A DNA stretch of 64,000 nucleotides, taken from contig OY760074.1 in NCBI GenBank assembly GCA_963663035.1, forward strand, positions 1,312,001-1,376,000. The letters are read 5' to 3'. A program made the position numbers and the translations under genes. This document shows positions 9,787-18,426 of the stretch, piece after piece (position 1 is the first letter of the stretch; every line of letters starts with the position of its first letter). This DNA comes from Acidobacteriota bacterium (GTDB lineage: Bacteria; Acidobacteriota; UBA6911; RPQK01; JADFOI01). The notes under the pieces were generated by a model. It was not told where the DNA came from and did no database searches. It saw only the letters and a list, made by a program, of their open reading frames with translations.

Positions 9787-10679
9787 GCCACGAACCTCCT
9801 TCTCAGAGCGCCACTCCACCAGTCCACCAACGTCACCAGAAGAAAAAGTGTGTACAGGTAGGTCCAGACTTCACCGTAGTGGAGATTCTCAAAAGAGGCT
9901 GAAATGTAGAAGCCCAGCGTCGGGTAACCAAAAAAGCCCAGGATTGCCGAGGAGCGAAGAGCGCACTCGAAACGGTAGAAAGCATAGGCCGTCATGTCGG
10001 GCAGGGCTCGCGGGAGGAGACCAAAAAGGTAGACCTGGGCTGCGGAAGCTCCACTTCCACGCAGGGCGTGGGCAACATCCCGTGGGGCCTCATCGATCAT
10101 TTCCGAGAAAATCTTGGCCAGTGTCCCCCCAAAAGGGATGGCGATGGCAATGGCGGCGCTCAGGTGGCTGAGTCCGAAGGCGGCCAGAAAGAGAACCGCC
10201 CAAATGAGCTCATGAATGGAACGCATAAAGGCAATCAAAACCCGCGTTCCTCCATAGACAATGGGGGCTACGCTGCGGCGCAGGAAAAGCACAGCAGGAC
10301 CCTGGCCACCCGCCGGATCACCGATCCACCAGGCAGTGGAGGCCAGAAATCCCAAAATAAGTCCCCAGACCAGGGCCAGGCTCATGGCAGCTGAAGCGAA
10401 GACAACCGTGGTAGCGGCTGCTTGAAGTGCCTTCCAGAGCAGAGGCGGGGTATCCCTGGGAACAAACTCGGCCTCATAGATGATGGCCGGGCTGAGGGCC
10501 CGACCGAAGAACTGCCAGGCTATCCGCAGTCCCCCCGGAGTGGGCACCATATCGGCCGGCTTCAGCTGCAGTTCTCTGAAAGCCCAGATTCCCGCCACCA
10601 GGATTCCCAGGATAAGAATCCTGCGCATTCCCAGGCCGTTGCGTAAAAAAGCCAGACCCACGGCTTGCCTTCTCTTCAT
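9783..10679 (-). CDS. phnE: PhnE/PtxC-like ABC permease
   Basis: RSIHELIWA, LAKIFSE, YRFECALRSSAILG. Confidence 0.85.
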   Translation of the reverse strand: MKRRQAVGLAFLRNGLGMRRILILGILVAGIWAFRELQLKPADMVPTPGGLRIAWQFFGRALSPAIIYEAEFVPRDTPPLLWKALQAAATTVVFASAAMSLALVWGLILGFLASTAWWIGDPAGGQGPAVLFLRRSVAPIVYGGTRVLIAFMRSIHELIWAVLFLAAFGLSHLSAAIAIAIPFGGTLAKIFSEMIDEAPRDVAHALRGSGASAAQVYLFGLLPRALPDMTAYAFYRFECALRSSAILGFFGYPTLGFYISASFENLHYGEVWTYLYTLFLLVTLVDWWSGALRRRFVA

Positions 10680-10734
10680 TTCTCTTCTCTAGAATCTGCT
10701 CCTGTATCGCAAGAAATATCTTATTTAATAGGTA

Positions 10735-11502
10735 TTAATAGCCATTTAGCTCATAAAGATCCTTAAATTCTTTTTCCTCCACCAGATGGGTGGCGCGATC
10801 GAAAACCACCCGTCCTCCTCTCAAGCCGACCAGCCGCGGAAAGAACTCCCGAGCCAGGTGCAGATTGTGCAGGCTGACGCAGAGCGTGAGTCCCTGCTCC
10901 CGTGAGATATCGGTCAAAAGCGCCACGGCGGAGCGGGCATGAGCCGGGTCCACACTGGAAACAGGCTCGTCGGCTAAAAGCCCCTCAGGCTGCTGAAACA
11001 GGGCGCGAGCGATGGCCACCCGCTGGCGCTGACCTCCTGACAGTCTATCGGTGCGCTCGTAGAGCTTCTCCGGTATCCCAACCCGTTCCAGAATCTCATG
11101 GATCTGATGAACGTAACTTCGTGGGGGTAACAAAAAGGCCCGCAAACCTCTCAGAAAGGAAAGCCTGCCCAGGCGACCCGCCAGTACGTTATGGAGAACA
11201 CGCAGGTTGGGAATGAGACTCAGATCCTGGTGGACAAAGCCAATACCCGCACGGACTTGCCTGAGTTCCTCAAAGGACAGCTGGGCCAGGTTCCGACCAT
11301 CCACCTGGACACGTCCTTCGGTGGGCCTCACCGTCCCATTGAGTAGGCTGAGCAAGGTGGTCTTCCCGGCTCCGCTCAGCCCGACAAAGCCAACCGCTTC
11401 ACCGGAGGCGATTTCCAGGTCGACCGAGTCCAAAGCCACGGTTGTTCCAAAAACCACGGAGGTCTTCTGAAGAGAAAAGCTGGCTCCCCGCTCAGAAGCC
11501 AT
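10735..11502 (-). CDS. phnC: PhnC-like ABC ATPase
   Basis: GLSGAGKT Walker A, LSGGQRQRVAIARAL, LADEPVSSVDP. Confidence 0.9.
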   Translation of the reverse strand: MASERGASFSLQKTSVVFGTTVALDSVDLEIASGEAVGFVGLSGAGKTTLLSLLNGTVRPTEGRVQVDGRNLAQLSFEELRQVRAGIGFVHQDLSLIPNLRVLHNVLAGRLGRLSFLRGLRAFLLPPRSYVHQIHEILERVGIPEKLYERTDRLSGGQRQRVAIARALFQQPEGLLADEPVSSVDPAHARSAVALLTDISREQGLTLCVSLHNLHLAREFFPRLVGLRGGRVVFDRATHLVEEKEFKDLYELNGY

Positions 11503-11542
11503 TTAGCCCTGCAGTAGAGAATCTATGCATAATTAGGGCTAA
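11503..11542. repeat. internally deleted mini-copy of the palindromic element
   Basis: TTAGCCCT-GCAGTAGAGAATCTATGCATAATT-AGGGCTAA; shares CTGCAGTAGA..TATGCATAA end with full copies. Confidence 0.65.
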
Positions 11543-11573
11543 CAGCCTAACGGATAGCCGCTTCATTTTTCCA

Positions 11574-11588
11574 ATAGGTAATACCGAT
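11574..11588. promoter_or_regulatory. putative LysR box (T-N11-A, ATAG-N7-CGAT) upstream of ABC operon
   Basis: ATAGGTAATACCGAT between lysR stop and phnC start. Confidence 0.45.
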
Positions 11589-11626
11589 GGTGAAAGGCCG
11601 AAGGTATCAGAAAAAAGGGGGCTGCT

Positions 11627-12538
11627 TCAGGCGCTGAGGTCTACTTCTTCCGGTTGGTTCTGCAAAAAGTCCAGAAAACTTTGCGCAATCGGTGAGAGAG
11701 TGAATCTCTTGTTCACCACCGCGAAAAAGTCGCGACGAAGCGGTTGGCAATTTTCGAGTTTCACTGTTTTCAGCACGCCATTGGCGAGCTCTGTCTGAAC
11801 GGCCAGAAGCGAGAGCACGGAGATCCCAAGCCCAGCCTTCACTCCCTCTTTTACCGCATTCGTGGAACTGAGGACGGCCTGAACATTAAACCGGTCCAGG
11901 CTGTGGCCAAGCTGCTCTTCGAAACTGAGACGGGTTCCAGAGCCGGCTTCTCTGGCCAAAAATGGCTCATGACGTAGATCTTCCATGGAAATCCGTTCCA
12001 CCTTCCGCCACCTGGAGCTATTGGGAACGACAAGGGCCAGCTTGTCGGAGGCAAAGTGGTGATACTCCAGTCCCAATCGCTCCAACTGAGCTCCGGAAAA
12101 GCCTAATTCAGCCCTTCCCTTAGCAACCTGATCACACACCTCTTGCGAGTCGGAGATGGTGAGCTTCACCTCCACTCTGGGGAACTGAGCGTTAAAGGCC
12201 ACCAGCACCTGTGGAAGGAGATATTCTCCCGGAATGGTACTGGCCGCCACCGTGAGTGATCCTTCCAGCCGGTTGAGGTATGCCATCAATTCCTGCAAGG
12301 CCACTTCCCGCTGTTTCAGGATCGCCTCTCCATGTCGGTAAATAATCCTGGCCGCCTGGGTGGGAACCACTTCACGAGGAAGCCGCTCGAAAAGTTTGAC
12401 TTCCAGAGCCTCTTCAAGATTCTTGATATGGCCGCTGACGGTGGGTTGCGAGATCCATAGTTTCTCACCTGCTCGTGAAAAACTTCCCTCCTCATAGACC
12501 CTACAAAAAACCTCCAGGAGTCTCAGATCCAGTCGCAT
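11627..12538 (-). CDS. LysR regulator, CysL/selenium-metabolism-associated type
   Basis: SFSRAGEKLWISQPTVSGHI HTH; AASTIPGEYLLP, ISDS, REAGSGTR signatures. Confidence 0.85.
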   Translation of the reverse strand: MRLDLRLLEVFCRVYEEGSFSRAGEKLWISQPTVSGHIKNLEEALEVKLFERLPREVVPTQAARIIYRHGEAILKQREVALQELMAYLNRLEGSLTVAASTIPGEYLLPQVLVAFNAQFPRVEVKLTISDSQEVCDQVAKGRAELGFSGAQLERLGLEYHHFASDKLALVVPNSSRWRKVERISMEDLRHEPFLAREAGSGTRLSFEEQLGHSLDRFNVQAVLSSTNAVKEGVKAGLGISVLSLLAVQTELANGVLKTVKLENCQPLRRDFFAVVNKRFTLSPIAQSFLDFLQNQPEEVDLSA

Positions 12539-12559
12539 TTCCGTTTGATTGTACGATAT

Positions 12560-12826
12560 GTGCTCACTTCAATAAATACGGCGATGTTTGTTGCAGGCGA
12601 TGCGCCTCCGAATTCAAGGCGCTCCGACGAGTCGATACGGGAGATCGGCGAGGAGGAGCAACAAAGAAGACGGGGGTGCAGCGCCGCAACCCTTTGGGCG
12701 GGGGGGTTGTGGTCGATCTCTTCGTCGCTCGTCGTCGACGATGTCCTACATCTCCTCCTTATCGCTCCTCGACTTCGCCTCACAAGCCCCCTCCGCAAAT
12801 ATCACCGTATTTATTGAAGTGAGCAC
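12560..12826. mobile_element. MITE-like element, 267 bp, 31-bp terminal inverted repeats, non-coding
   Basis: GTGCTCACTTCAATAAATACGGCGATGTTTG vs CAAATATCACCGTATTTATTGAAGTGAGCAC (2 mismatches). Confidence 0.75.
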
Positions 12827-12869
12827 TAAACAGGAGGGTTATCTCGAAGACTTTATTCTTTCGCGGCCA

Positions 12870-13355
12870 TCACCACTGAGATTTTTCGAGTTCGACGCCA
12901 TCTTCAATGTACCACCGATCCAGACCGTATCGTCTGGCGATGATGATGAACAGTCTCTCGTGTCTCTCCCCTTCGGCTCGTGGGAGGGAGACCTTCAAAG
13001 TCAGCTCTTCACCTGCCTCGGGGACTTCAGCCCGTAAGAAATGAAAGCCTTGAACAGAAATCTGATCCACCTCAAACCAGGACTGGGCAAAACCCTGCTC
13101 AAAGCTGATCAGCTCCTTGGCGAGGACCGTATTGCCTTTGAGAATCTCCATCTCCAGGTTGTTGATCTGCTCAGCGGTAGTGCCGATCCCCAGGCGATAA
13201 TAGCTTCCCCGAACAAAGTCTGAAAAGCGGGCTGTCAGGCTGATCTGCTGGGGAGTGGTTCGGAGCAGAGGAGCTGACATGGAGGCCCTTTCCTGCGCCA
13301 GGAGAAAGAGGTCCAGGGTGAGGATTAAAAAGGTGGCAATGAGAGCTCGGCTCAT
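12870..13355 (-). CDS. secreted hypothetical protein
   Basis: Signal peptide LLA-Q; beta-rich. Confidence 0.6.
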   Translation of the reverse strand: MSRALIATFLILTLDLFLLAQERASMSAPLLRTTPQQISLTARFSDFVRGSYYRLGIGTTAEQINNLEMEILKGNTVLAKELISFEQGFAQSWFEVDQISVQGFHFLRAEVPEAGEELTLKVSLPRAEGERHERLFIIIARRYGLDRWYIEDGVELEKSQW

Positions 13356-13389
13356 TTTGAACTTCGTGACTGAAGTCTAGGCCTTGAGT

Positions 13390-13953
13390 TTACTGACTCA
13401 GAGTGGCCTGTGCAGCTCTCTCTAGGATGACCATATGTTCGCCACGGCTGACCATTCCCACGACTTCATACCCTTCTTCCATGGCCTGAGACATTTCTTT
13501 TTGCATCGTTGAAGTCTTGTTGGGAGCAAGAAGCAGGTAGTCGTAGTTTTGAGAGGCAGCGGGCACTTTCTCCAGCACTACTATGATTTCGACTCCTCCA
13601 AACATCTGATTCTTAGCGATCATGGTGCTGGGAAGTAGTCGAAAGCCTTCAGCGGCAGCTTCCTGCAGTTCTTTTTGCATCGTTGAAGTTTTGCTGGTAG
13701 CAAGAAGCATGTATTGGTAGTTATCGGGAGGGGTGGCGACCTTCTCCAAGATGACGGCCATTTCCGAACCGCTGGTAGGTGAACCAGAGACGATGCGGTA
13801 GCCAGCGGCAGATGCTTCGTCAAGTTCCTTTTGCATCGTTGAAGTCTTCTTGGTGGCGAGTAAACGATAGCGCTCTTCGAGGTCCAGCTCGGCCCCAAAG
13901 GCAAGCAAAATGAAACCTATTCCAAAGGTAAGGAAAACGACCAGTTTTTTCAT
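13390..13953 (-). CDS. secreted protein with three internal repeats (DUF4177-like)
   Basis: 3x YxLLAxxKTSTMQKExxxAxxxG(Y/F); GGAGG RBS. Confidence 0.75.
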   Translation of the reverse strand: MKKLVVFLTFGIGFILLAFGAELDLEERYRLLATKKTSTMQKELDEASAAGYRIVSGSPTSGSEMAVILEKVATPPDNYQYMLLATSKTSTMQKELQEAAAEGFRLLPSTMIAKNQMFGGVEIIVVLEKVPAASQNYDYLLLAPNKTSTMQKEMSQAMEEGYEVVGMVSRGEHMVILERAAQATLSQ

Positions 13954-14076
13954 CTTCTACCTCCTCTGTATGGGTACTCTTCCCGACATAATACGTTTTT
14001 TGATCTGCATTGTAAACCTATTGGTTGACACGATTTTCCGCCGCCAATGTTACCGTATCGATGAAGCGAGGCTTAA

Positions 14077-15147
14077 CTAACTGGCTTCGATGGGCAGGAG
14101 TATCTCCACCCGCAATCCTAGATCTGATGCGTTGGAGGCCCTCACCGTGCCCCCGTGAAGCCGAATGATTCTTTCAGCGATGGCAAGACCCAGGCCGATT
14201 CCTCCCGACTGACGATCCCGCGCATCGCCGACACGGTAAAAGGGGCGAAACAGTTTTCCCAGAGTGGCTTCCGGCACGCCGGGACCATGATCCCTCACCA
14301 TGATCAGCGCACAGGCTCCCTTGTCCGTCTGTCGACGGCGCAGGCCGACTTCCACCTCAGTTCCCTGGGCAGTGTAACGCAAGCCATTTCGGACGATGTT
14401 TTCGATGGCACTGCGCAAGAGCTTGGTTGAGCCGGTGACGATGCAATCCTCGCTTTCGATGATCCGTACCCTCCGTTTGCTGCTGCCAGCCTCAAAGTCG
14501 GCATCGGCGGTCACTTCGCTCAGCAGGTTCGTCAGAGACACCCTTTCCTGCTGCCCGACCTCTGCATCATTGTCCAATCGAGCAAGTCCCAGCAATTGGC
14601 CAATCAGCTCGTTCATTCGCTCCGCCTCCCGTTCGATGCGGTCCAGCGAAGGTGCGGCTTCCGATCCAGCCCGCTGTCGAGCCAACTCCAGTGCCACATT
14701 GAGGCGGGCCAGCGGCGAACGTAATTCGTGGGAGATGTCACTGAGTAATCGATGCTGTGAGTTGATCAGCCATTCGATCCGCTCGGCCATGAGGTCAAAG
14801 TCCCTCCCCAGGTCAGCAAATTCGTCCCCCCTCTTTTCCAGGGCCGGTCCCACCCGTGCGCTGAGGTCACCCCCGGCCAGCTGTTGCGTTGCCTTTTGTA
14901 ACTTGCTGACGGGAGAAGTCAGGTAACGCGCCAGCCCATAGCAGACCACTCCGCCAGTTATGACGACCACCAGCAGCCTCAGAGCCAGCTCCGCGGGTTG
15001 GGCGGCCAACCTACCCATCCGACGGCCTGGACCTGGAATTTGAGGCTGGAAGCGGGTCCTCTCACCAGAGACTATCAGCAGCACACCCACCAAGGTCATC
15101 GCCAACCAAAACCACAGAAAGATCTTGAGAAAAAGGCTGGGTTTCAT
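14077..15147 (-). CDS. cpxA: CpxA-like sensor histidine kinase
   Basis: HAMP domain, DISHELRSPLARL H-box, ENIVRNGLRY, DHGPG, PFYRV..ARDRQSGGIGLGLAI. Confidence 0.85.
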   Translation of the reverse strand: MKPSLFLKIFLWFWLAMTLVGVLLIVSGERTRFQPQIPGPGRRMGRLAAQPAELALRLLVVVITGGVVCYGLARYLTSPVSKLQKATQQLAGGDLSARVGPALEKRGDEFADLGRDFDLMAERIEWLINSQHRLLSDISHELRSPLARLNVALELARQRAGSEAAPSLDRIEREAERMNELIGQLLGLARLDNDAEVGQQERVSLTNLLSEVTADADFEAGSSKRRVRIIESEDCIVTGSTKLLRSAIENIVRNGLRYTAQGTEVEVGLRRRQTDKGACALIMVRDHGPGVPEATLGKLFRPFYRVGDARDRQSGGIGLGLAIAERIIRLHGGTVRASNASDLGLRVEILLPIEAS

Positions 15148-15155
15148 TGCGGTAT

Positions 15156-15899
15156 TTAATCCGGGCTAGTAGCGTAAAGATATCCCACACTTCTAATCGA
15201 CTTGATGCGCTGGCTGCCATCAGGGTGAGGGCCCAGCTTTCTGCGCAGCTTGCTCACATGCATGTCGATGCTGCGATCAAAGGGAGAGAAGGTTCGCCCC
15301 AAAACACGCTCCACCAGTTCTTCCCGCTTCATGACAGTACCGGCCGTCCGCAAGAATTCCTCCAGGAGATCGAATTCAACGGTGGTCAGCTCTATCGCCT
15401 GTCCGGCGCACTGTACCCTCCTGGTGCCGGTGTCCAGCTCAATGTCCCCCAGTGAAAGGCTCTCCGGCTGGGATGAGACAAAGCCTGATACTTCCTCCTG
15501 GGTCCTTCGCAGGATGGCACGAATACGGGCTACCAGTTCGCGCGGGTTGAAGGGTTTGGGAAGGTAATCGTCGGCCCCAACTTCCAAGCCGACGATTCGA
15601 TCCACCTCCTCACCGCGAGCGGTCAACATGAGAACCGGTATCTGGGATCGGCCGCGAATGCGACGCAAAACTTCGAACCCGTTCATTCCCGGCAACATGA
15701 CGTCCAGAATGATCAGCCTGTAGTCTCCCGAAACCGCCATCTCCACAGCATCCGTGCCGTCGTTGATCGCCTTCACACGAAAACCCTCCGTCTGCAGGTA
15801 TTCGGTGACTAACTCACACAGTTCCACATCGTCGTCAATGACAAGTACGCGTTCTCCGGGCTCCCTTATATTCATGGACTTTGCTGCCATCCGCCTCAT
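15156..15899 (-). CDS. cpxR: CpxR-like OmpR-family response regulator
   Basis: IDDDVELCEL, LDVMLP, GADDYLPKPF, PFDRSIDMHVSKLRRKL. Confidence 0.9.
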   Translation of the reverse strand: MRRMAAKSMNIREPGERVLVIDDDVELCELVTEYLQTEGFRVKAINDGTDAVEMAVSGDYRLIILDVMLPGMNGFEVLRRIRGRSQIPVLMLTARGEEVDRIVGLEVGADDYLPKPFNPRELVARIRAILRRTQEEVSGFVSSQPESLSLGDIELDTGTRRVQCAGQAIELTTVEFDLLEEFLRTAGTVMKREELVERVLGRTFSPFDRSIDMHVSKLRRKLGPHPDGSQRIKSIRSVGYLYATSPD

Positions 15900-15925
15900 T
15901 TTACGCCAACTGTTCCCGCCCTTGC

Positions 15926-15970
15926 GTAAAGAAGTGTCAAAGAAATGGGGTGTTCTTTACAAAGCTTTAC
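15926..15970. promoter_or_regulatory. two CpxR-type boxes (GTAAA-N5-GTAAA)
   Basis: GTAAA-GAAGT-GTCAA (15926-15940, +) and perfect GTAAA-GCTTT-GTAAA (15956-15970, -) between divergent cpxR and spy/cpxP. Confidence 0.7.
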
Positions 15971-16029
15971 TGAGCCATTACCAACTCTTGACACACATTT
16001 GGACCGATCCTTCGTCTTATATGCCATGT

Positions 16030-16178
16030 AGCCGGGATTATGCATAGGTTTTCGTGACGAAGTGCCGCAGGCGCCGCGATGACAAGGCGTGCGAGGGGTA
16101 CCCGCTTGCGGGTCGCACAACGCAGTCGGCGTGGATGATTGCGGCACTGCAGTAGACAATTTATGCATAATCCCGGCT
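16030..16178. repeat. palindromic intergenic element copy B
   Basis: TIR AGCCGGGATTATGCATA/TATGCATAATCCCGGCT; core GGGGTACCCGCTTGCGGGTCG. Confidence 0.85.
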
Positions 16179-16247
16179 TCTGAGCGCGTCGGGCAGTGGC
16201 GCACGATGCGGGTAAGCGCGGCAAACTAAAAAAGGAGGACTCAAGAG

Positions 16248-16724
16248 ATGAAAAAAATCACGGCAAAAGTTCTAAGCGTGATCCTGTTGGTGGCAACCGG
16301 ATTCCTGTGTGTCGGCATGGCAGCACCACAAGGCGGCGGCGGTCGCACTGGTCGTTCGGCTATCCCTCCACAGAGAGTTGTGGAGAACCTCCCGGGGATA
16401 ACGGCAGATCAGCTGGGCGAGATTGATCTACTGAGGGAAGAAGCAAAGACAACCATGGAGTTCCTTGTGGAGCAGCAACGGGAATTCCGTCAATCTCTCA
16501 GGACTCAACTGGATTTGGAAGCTCCTGACCCGTTTGAGGTTGGGGTTCTTGTCATCTCAGGGCAAGATGTGGCCAAAGAGATTCGCACCAATCAGCAGTA
16601 TTTTCGTGAAACTTTTCAAGCAGTCCTGACATCTGAACAGCTGGATGCACTCAAGGAAATGAATAACAGAATGAACTCGCGTCAACGCCCAGGTCGAAGA
16701 TCAGGCGATTCACCCAAACGGTAA
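16248..16724 (+). CDS. Spy/CpxP family periplasmic chaperone
   Basis: Signal peptide; ITADQ and VLTSEQ LTxxQ motifs; divergent from cpxRA. Confidence 0.8.
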   Translation: MKKITAKVLSVILLVATGFLCVGMAAPQGGGGRTGRSAIPPQRVVENLPGITADQLGEIDLLREEAKTTMEFLVEQQREFRQSLRTQLDLEAPDPFEVGVLVISGQDVAKEIRTNQQYFRETFQAVLTSEQLDALKEMNNRMNSRQRPGRRSGDSPKR

Positions 16725-16785
16725 ATGATGGCCGGCCCAGACGCAGCCCCAAGAACTTCGAGTTGGCAAGGAGGAAAATTCAACC

Positions 16786-18195
16786 ATGAGAGAGAAAAAT
16801 CCTAATGCAAGAAGAATCTTCGCTGTAGGGCTGAGCGGCCTTCTCGTTTGGACAAACCTGTGGGTCTCCTGGGCCGCAGTGGAGACCCTTCCGCCCTTGA
16901 CCGATCTGGTCAGGGAGCCCTATCTGGTCCTTTTGGAACGGGCTCCCGACTGGAACTTCTCCAAAGAAGAACTGAAGGCGTTCAGAAAGGAGCTCGAAAA
17001 CCAGGAAAAAGCAGAAAAGAAGCAGCTCGAGCAAGCAGAGAAGGACTTGAAGCAGGAAGTCAAGGCTTTGCGGAAGCAGCTGGATGAGCTCAACAAGGGC
17101 AATTCCCGCGACAACCCGGAGATGACCCTGCAAAGGAATGAGCTTCACTGCCAGATTCTCTCACTTGAAGCGCAACAAGGCGCTAAGAAGGCAGAGCGCG
17201 AGCACGGGGTTCCCGTGGCCTTTGACAACAAATTGGCCAAACTGGACCTCATAGAGGACTGGCCCAGCCGGAGAGCTGAGATTGACCGAATTTTGGAGTC
17301 GGGAGAAGCCCGCAAGCGCCGTTTCGGCGATGTGGAGGACATCGGCATTCGAGTGCTGAGAGAGGGCCAGGAAAAAGACATCAAAGTCGGCAAAGAAGCC
17401 ATGAGAGATATGAGGTCGTCCGGATTGATGCCGCCAGAAGTGGACGATGAGGAGCTGACAGCTTACGTTAGCGAGTTGGCCAAGAACATTGCCGACCATT
17501 CGGATCTGCAGGTTCCACTGCACCTGACGGTGCTGGCCAGTGAAGAAATCAATGCTTTCGCGCTGCCAGGAGGCTACCTGTTTGTGAATACGGGCCTGAT
17601 CGAAAAGGCCGACACAGAATCGGAATTGGCTGGTGTCCTTGCCCATGAGATAGCCCATGTGACCGCACGCCATGGAGCCCGCTTGATGAAAAAGGCCAAC
17701 ATCTTCAACGTCCTCTTTCAGGCTGCCCAGGTGGCGGCTATGGTCTTCACCGGAGGTGCGGTTGGAATTGGGACGTATTATGCCCTGCAGTACGGTTTTT
17801 TTGGCCTGGGTCTGGCGCTGAATCTGAGCATGCTGGGAGTCAGCCGTGATTTTGAGCAAGAAGCCGATCAGCTAGGGGCCCAATACGGCTGGAATGCGGG
17901 CTACGATCCCAAGGGATTCATCAGCTTCTTCGATAAGATGGCCAGCGAACAGGGCTTTGTTCAATCGGCCAGTTTCTTCCGAACTCATCCACCCTTCTTT
18001 GAGCGAATTGTGAGCACGTTCAGTGAGATAGAATACCTGCCTCCACAGAGGGACGATCTCATCTATGACTCAACGGGCTTTCGTGAAGCCCAGGAGAGGA
18101 TTCGCACGGTCATGGAGGATGACTCATGGAAGACACAGGAAAGACCAACCCTGCGGAAGGGTCCTCAGTGCGATGAGGCACCTGCAACCCCTTAA
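16786..18195 (+). CDS. M48 family metalloprotease (BepA/YfgC-like) with N-terminal coiled coil
   Basis: [21 protein letters not shown] (HExxH), EQEAD, THP. Confidence 0.9.
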   Translation: MREKNPNARRIFAVGLSGLLVWTNLWVSWAAVETLPPLTDLVREPYLVLLERAPDWNFSKEELKAFRKELENQEKAEKKQLEQAEKDLKQEVKALRKQLDELNKGNSRDNPEMTLQRNELHCQILSLEAQQGAKKAEREHGVPVAFDNKLAKLDLIEDWPSRRAEIDRILESGEARKRRFGDVEDIGIRVLREGQEKDIKVGKEAMRDMRSSGLMPPEVDDEELTAYVSELAKNIADHSDLQVPLHLTVLASEEINAFALPGGYLFVNTGLIEKADTESELAGVLAHEIAHVTARHGARLMKKANIFNVLFQAAQVAAMVFTGGAVGIGTYYALQYGFFGLGLALNLSMLGVSRDFEQEADQLGAQYGWNAGYDPKGFISFFDKMASEQGFVQSASFFRTHPPFFERIVSTFSEIEYLPPQRDDLIYDSTGFREAQERIRTVMEDDSWKTQERPTLRKGPQCDEAPATP

Positions 18196-18200
18196 GAAGT

Positions 18201-18228
18201 GTAGGGGCGCACGTCTGTGCGCCCCTAC
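18201..18228. repeat. GTAG-type REP hairpin/terminator
   Basis: GTAGGGGCGCAC-GTCT-GTGCGCCCCTAC perfect stem. Confidence 0.75.
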
Positions 18229-18426
18229 CTTTCTTCATAACAATCAATCAGCCTACGGAACCACCACCCAGAATGTGGGAGGCACCTCAGGTGTAAAGTG
18301 CCAGCACATGGTTTACAAGTTGTGCCATGACATCCTTTACACTTTTATTGGTTCCTCTCCACGCGATTCGAATCCTTTATGGGCTTCAGGAAGCTGGTGA
18401 CTCGGTCGGTCCGTAGATCAATCTGA

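Noticed and set aside
8869-11502. Phosphonate utilisation (C-P lyase) operon
   Set aside because: No phnD or phnG-M genes nearby; substrate unassigned
12475-13037. Several short ORFs over the lysR upstream region
   Set aside because: They overlap the MITE-like element and have no protein-like features
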